A DNA stretch of 64,000 nt from an uncultured delta proteobacterium. Lineage in GTDB: Bacteria > Desulfobacterota > Binatia > UBA9968. The stretch spans positions 224,001-288,000 of the forward strand of contig CAWFJP010000011.1 in the NCBI GenBank assembly GCA_963816145.1, read 5' to 3'. Made by a program: the position numbers and the translations under genes. Below the pieces are notes generated by a model. It saw nothing but the letters and a program-made list of their open reading frames with translations. It made no database searches and was not told the DNA's origin. Positions 62,489-64,000 of the stretch are shown piece by piece. Position 1 is the first letter of the stretch; each line of letters starts with the position of its first letter.

Positions 62489-63928
62489 ATGGCCGAACCT
62501 TCTTCCTGGGGCCGACTGCCGCCGTTCAAAAAGGCGCCGCTGCCGCCCATGCCGGGAATGCTCCGGGCGCTTGGCCCCGGCGTGGTATTCATGGCGCTGG
62601 CCCAGGGTAGCGGCGAACTGATTTTTTGGCCCTATACGATTGCTAAATACGGCTTGACGTTTTTGTTTTTGCTGATTCCCGCCTGCCTTTTGCAATTTCC
62701 CATCATCTACGAGATCGGCCGCTACACGTTGCTCACGGGGGAAAGCATCTTTCAGGGTTTTATCCGGCTGAATCGGAAGTTTGCTTTTTTTCTCTGGATA
62801 CTGATGACGCTGTCGTTTCTCTGGTTCGGCGCTTTTGCCGCCGCCGGTGGCACCTCGATCGCCGCGCTGACAGAATTCCCGGGTGGCTGGAGCCGTAAAG
62901 AGCAGACATTATTCTGGGCCTACGCCACCATGGCGCTGTTTCTAATTGCCATCCTGCTCAGCAAAGTGATTTACAAACTGATCGAGACCTTTATGTGGGG
63001 CGTGGCGATCTTTACGTTAGTCGGACTCATTTGGGCTAGCGCCAACGCTGAAGTGCTGAGCGCGCTGCCGGCGTTCATAAAAGGTCTCATCATCCCCGAG
63101 TGGCCGATGCCGCGCCCTTGGGATCCGGCCGATGCGACGAAGTTGCTGACAGCAATCACCTTTGCCGGCCTCGGCGGTTTCTGGACGCTCTTTTATTCTT
63201 ATTGGCTGCGCGACAAAGGGTCCGGCATGGCCCACTATGCCGGACGTCTCACCGGGCCGATCACCGGCAAACCGGAAGCGATACCCGATTCGGGCGCGCT
63301 ACCAGGCAACGATGAAGGACTGGCCCATGTAAAACACTGGCACCGCTTCATGTTCTGGGATATCGGCATCGGCGTGGTCGGCAACCTGATCACCACGCTA
63401 TTGACCTGCCTGCTCGCCTACGCCCTGCTGTTCCCCAAGGGGCTGTTGCCCCAGGGATATGAGATCGCCGTGGTGCAAAGCCGCTTCTTCGAAGTCAGCT
63501 GGGGCGGCTGGGGCCGAATTTTGTTCTTGATTGTCGCCGCGGCATTTCTCTCTGACACTTGGCTGGCGACCGTCGACGCCGTCAGCCGCACGCATGCGGA
63601 CTGCGTCTACGGCTTTTTTCCCGGCAGTCATCGCATCCCCTATCGCAAATGGTATCTGATCTTTTTGCTGCTGCTCACGTTAGTCACCGGCGTTACCGTG
63701 CAGATGAACGAGCCGGGCACGCTGATTTTGATCTCAGCCGTAATCGGATTCGTCGGCACAGTAATCTATTCCGTCGCGCTCATTTTGTTGAATCACGTTT
63801 ACCTGCCGCGCCATCTGCCCAGCGCAGCCAAACCAGGAAGATTGAGTTTATTTCTCATAGTCGTCTCGTGCCTTGCCTACCTCATCCTGGCCACGCTTTA
63901 TGTACTAACACTGCTCCAGGTCACGTAA
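62489..63928 (+). CDS. Nramp-like/APC-fold membrane transporter
   Basis: LGPG.VFMALAQGSGELIFWP, EIGRYTLLTGESIFQG, YSYWLRDKG; about 11 TM helices. Confidence 0.75.
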   Translation: MAEPSSWGRLPPFKKAPLPPMPGMLRALGPGVVFMALAQGSGELIFWPYTIAKYGLTFLFLLIPACLLQFPIIYEIGRYTLLTGESIFQGFIRLNRKFAFFLWILMTLSFLWFGAFAAAGGTSIAALTEFPGGWSRKEQTLFWAYATMALFLIAILLSKVIYKLIETFMWGVAIFTLVGLIWASANAEVLSALPAFIKGLIIPEWPMPRPWDPADATKLLTAITFAGLGGFWTLFYSYWLRDKGSGMAHYAGRLTGPITGKPEAIPDSGALPGNDEGLAHVKHWHRFMFWDIGIGVVGNLITTLLTCLLAYALLFPKGLLPQGYEIAVVQSRFFEVSWGGWGRILFLIVAAAFLSDTWLATVDAVSRTHADCVYGFFPGSHRIPYRKWYLIFLLLLTLVTGVTVQMNEPGTLILISAVIGFVGTVIYSVALILLNHVYLPRHLPSAAKPGRLSLFLIVVSCLAYLILATLYVLTLLQVT

Positions 63929-64000
63929 GCCGGGACCTCTCCACTCTCGGCTTGATAGCTTTGCCGCCGCCGCGCTGGTATCATAGGTGAAATTTACTTG

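Overview
A moderately GC-rich bacterial chromosomal window. The gene repertoire (TctABC, PuuE-like deacetylases, NIPSNAP, OCD, CoxSMG, short intergenic palindromes) suggests a deltaproteobacteria-like lineage such as Ca. Binatia; this is inference. The central 9.5-33 kb block holds two adjacent energy modules. The first is an anammox/Nitrospira-type periplasmic nitrite oxidoreductase/nitrate reductase operon: Rrf2 regulator, diheme-c + heme-b gamma subunit, Tat-exported NxrA, a small ORF, NxrB, a TorD-type chaperone, an HExxH/Cys protein and an FmdE-MobB fusion, with a divergent radical SAM + hemerythrin pair. The second is a class I benzoyl-CoA reductase cluster: Thauera-like BcrC/BcrB, two short ATPase subunits, a BadH-like SDR, an amidohydrolase, two crotonases, a GNAT and an acyl-CoA dehydrogenase. 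Both modules have correctly spaced sigma54 -24/-12 motifs. The four junctions from nxrC through nxrD each contain a copy of one palindromic repeat, three followed by a shared RBS block. The block lies between a decayed comM fragment (~4.9-5.3 kb) and tRNA-Gly(CCC) (~34 kb). The right half is mostly housekeeping (queD, yqeC-mocA, pyrD, frmA, coxSMG, dch-like crotonase, ompA-like, rlmE, galT, glmS, glmU), plus pseudogenes and a candidate structured ncRNA upstream of queD. Many genes, including essential glmS/glmU, carry single +1 frameshifts, most likely assembly errors. All family calls come from motif recognition and recalled sequences; no searches were run.
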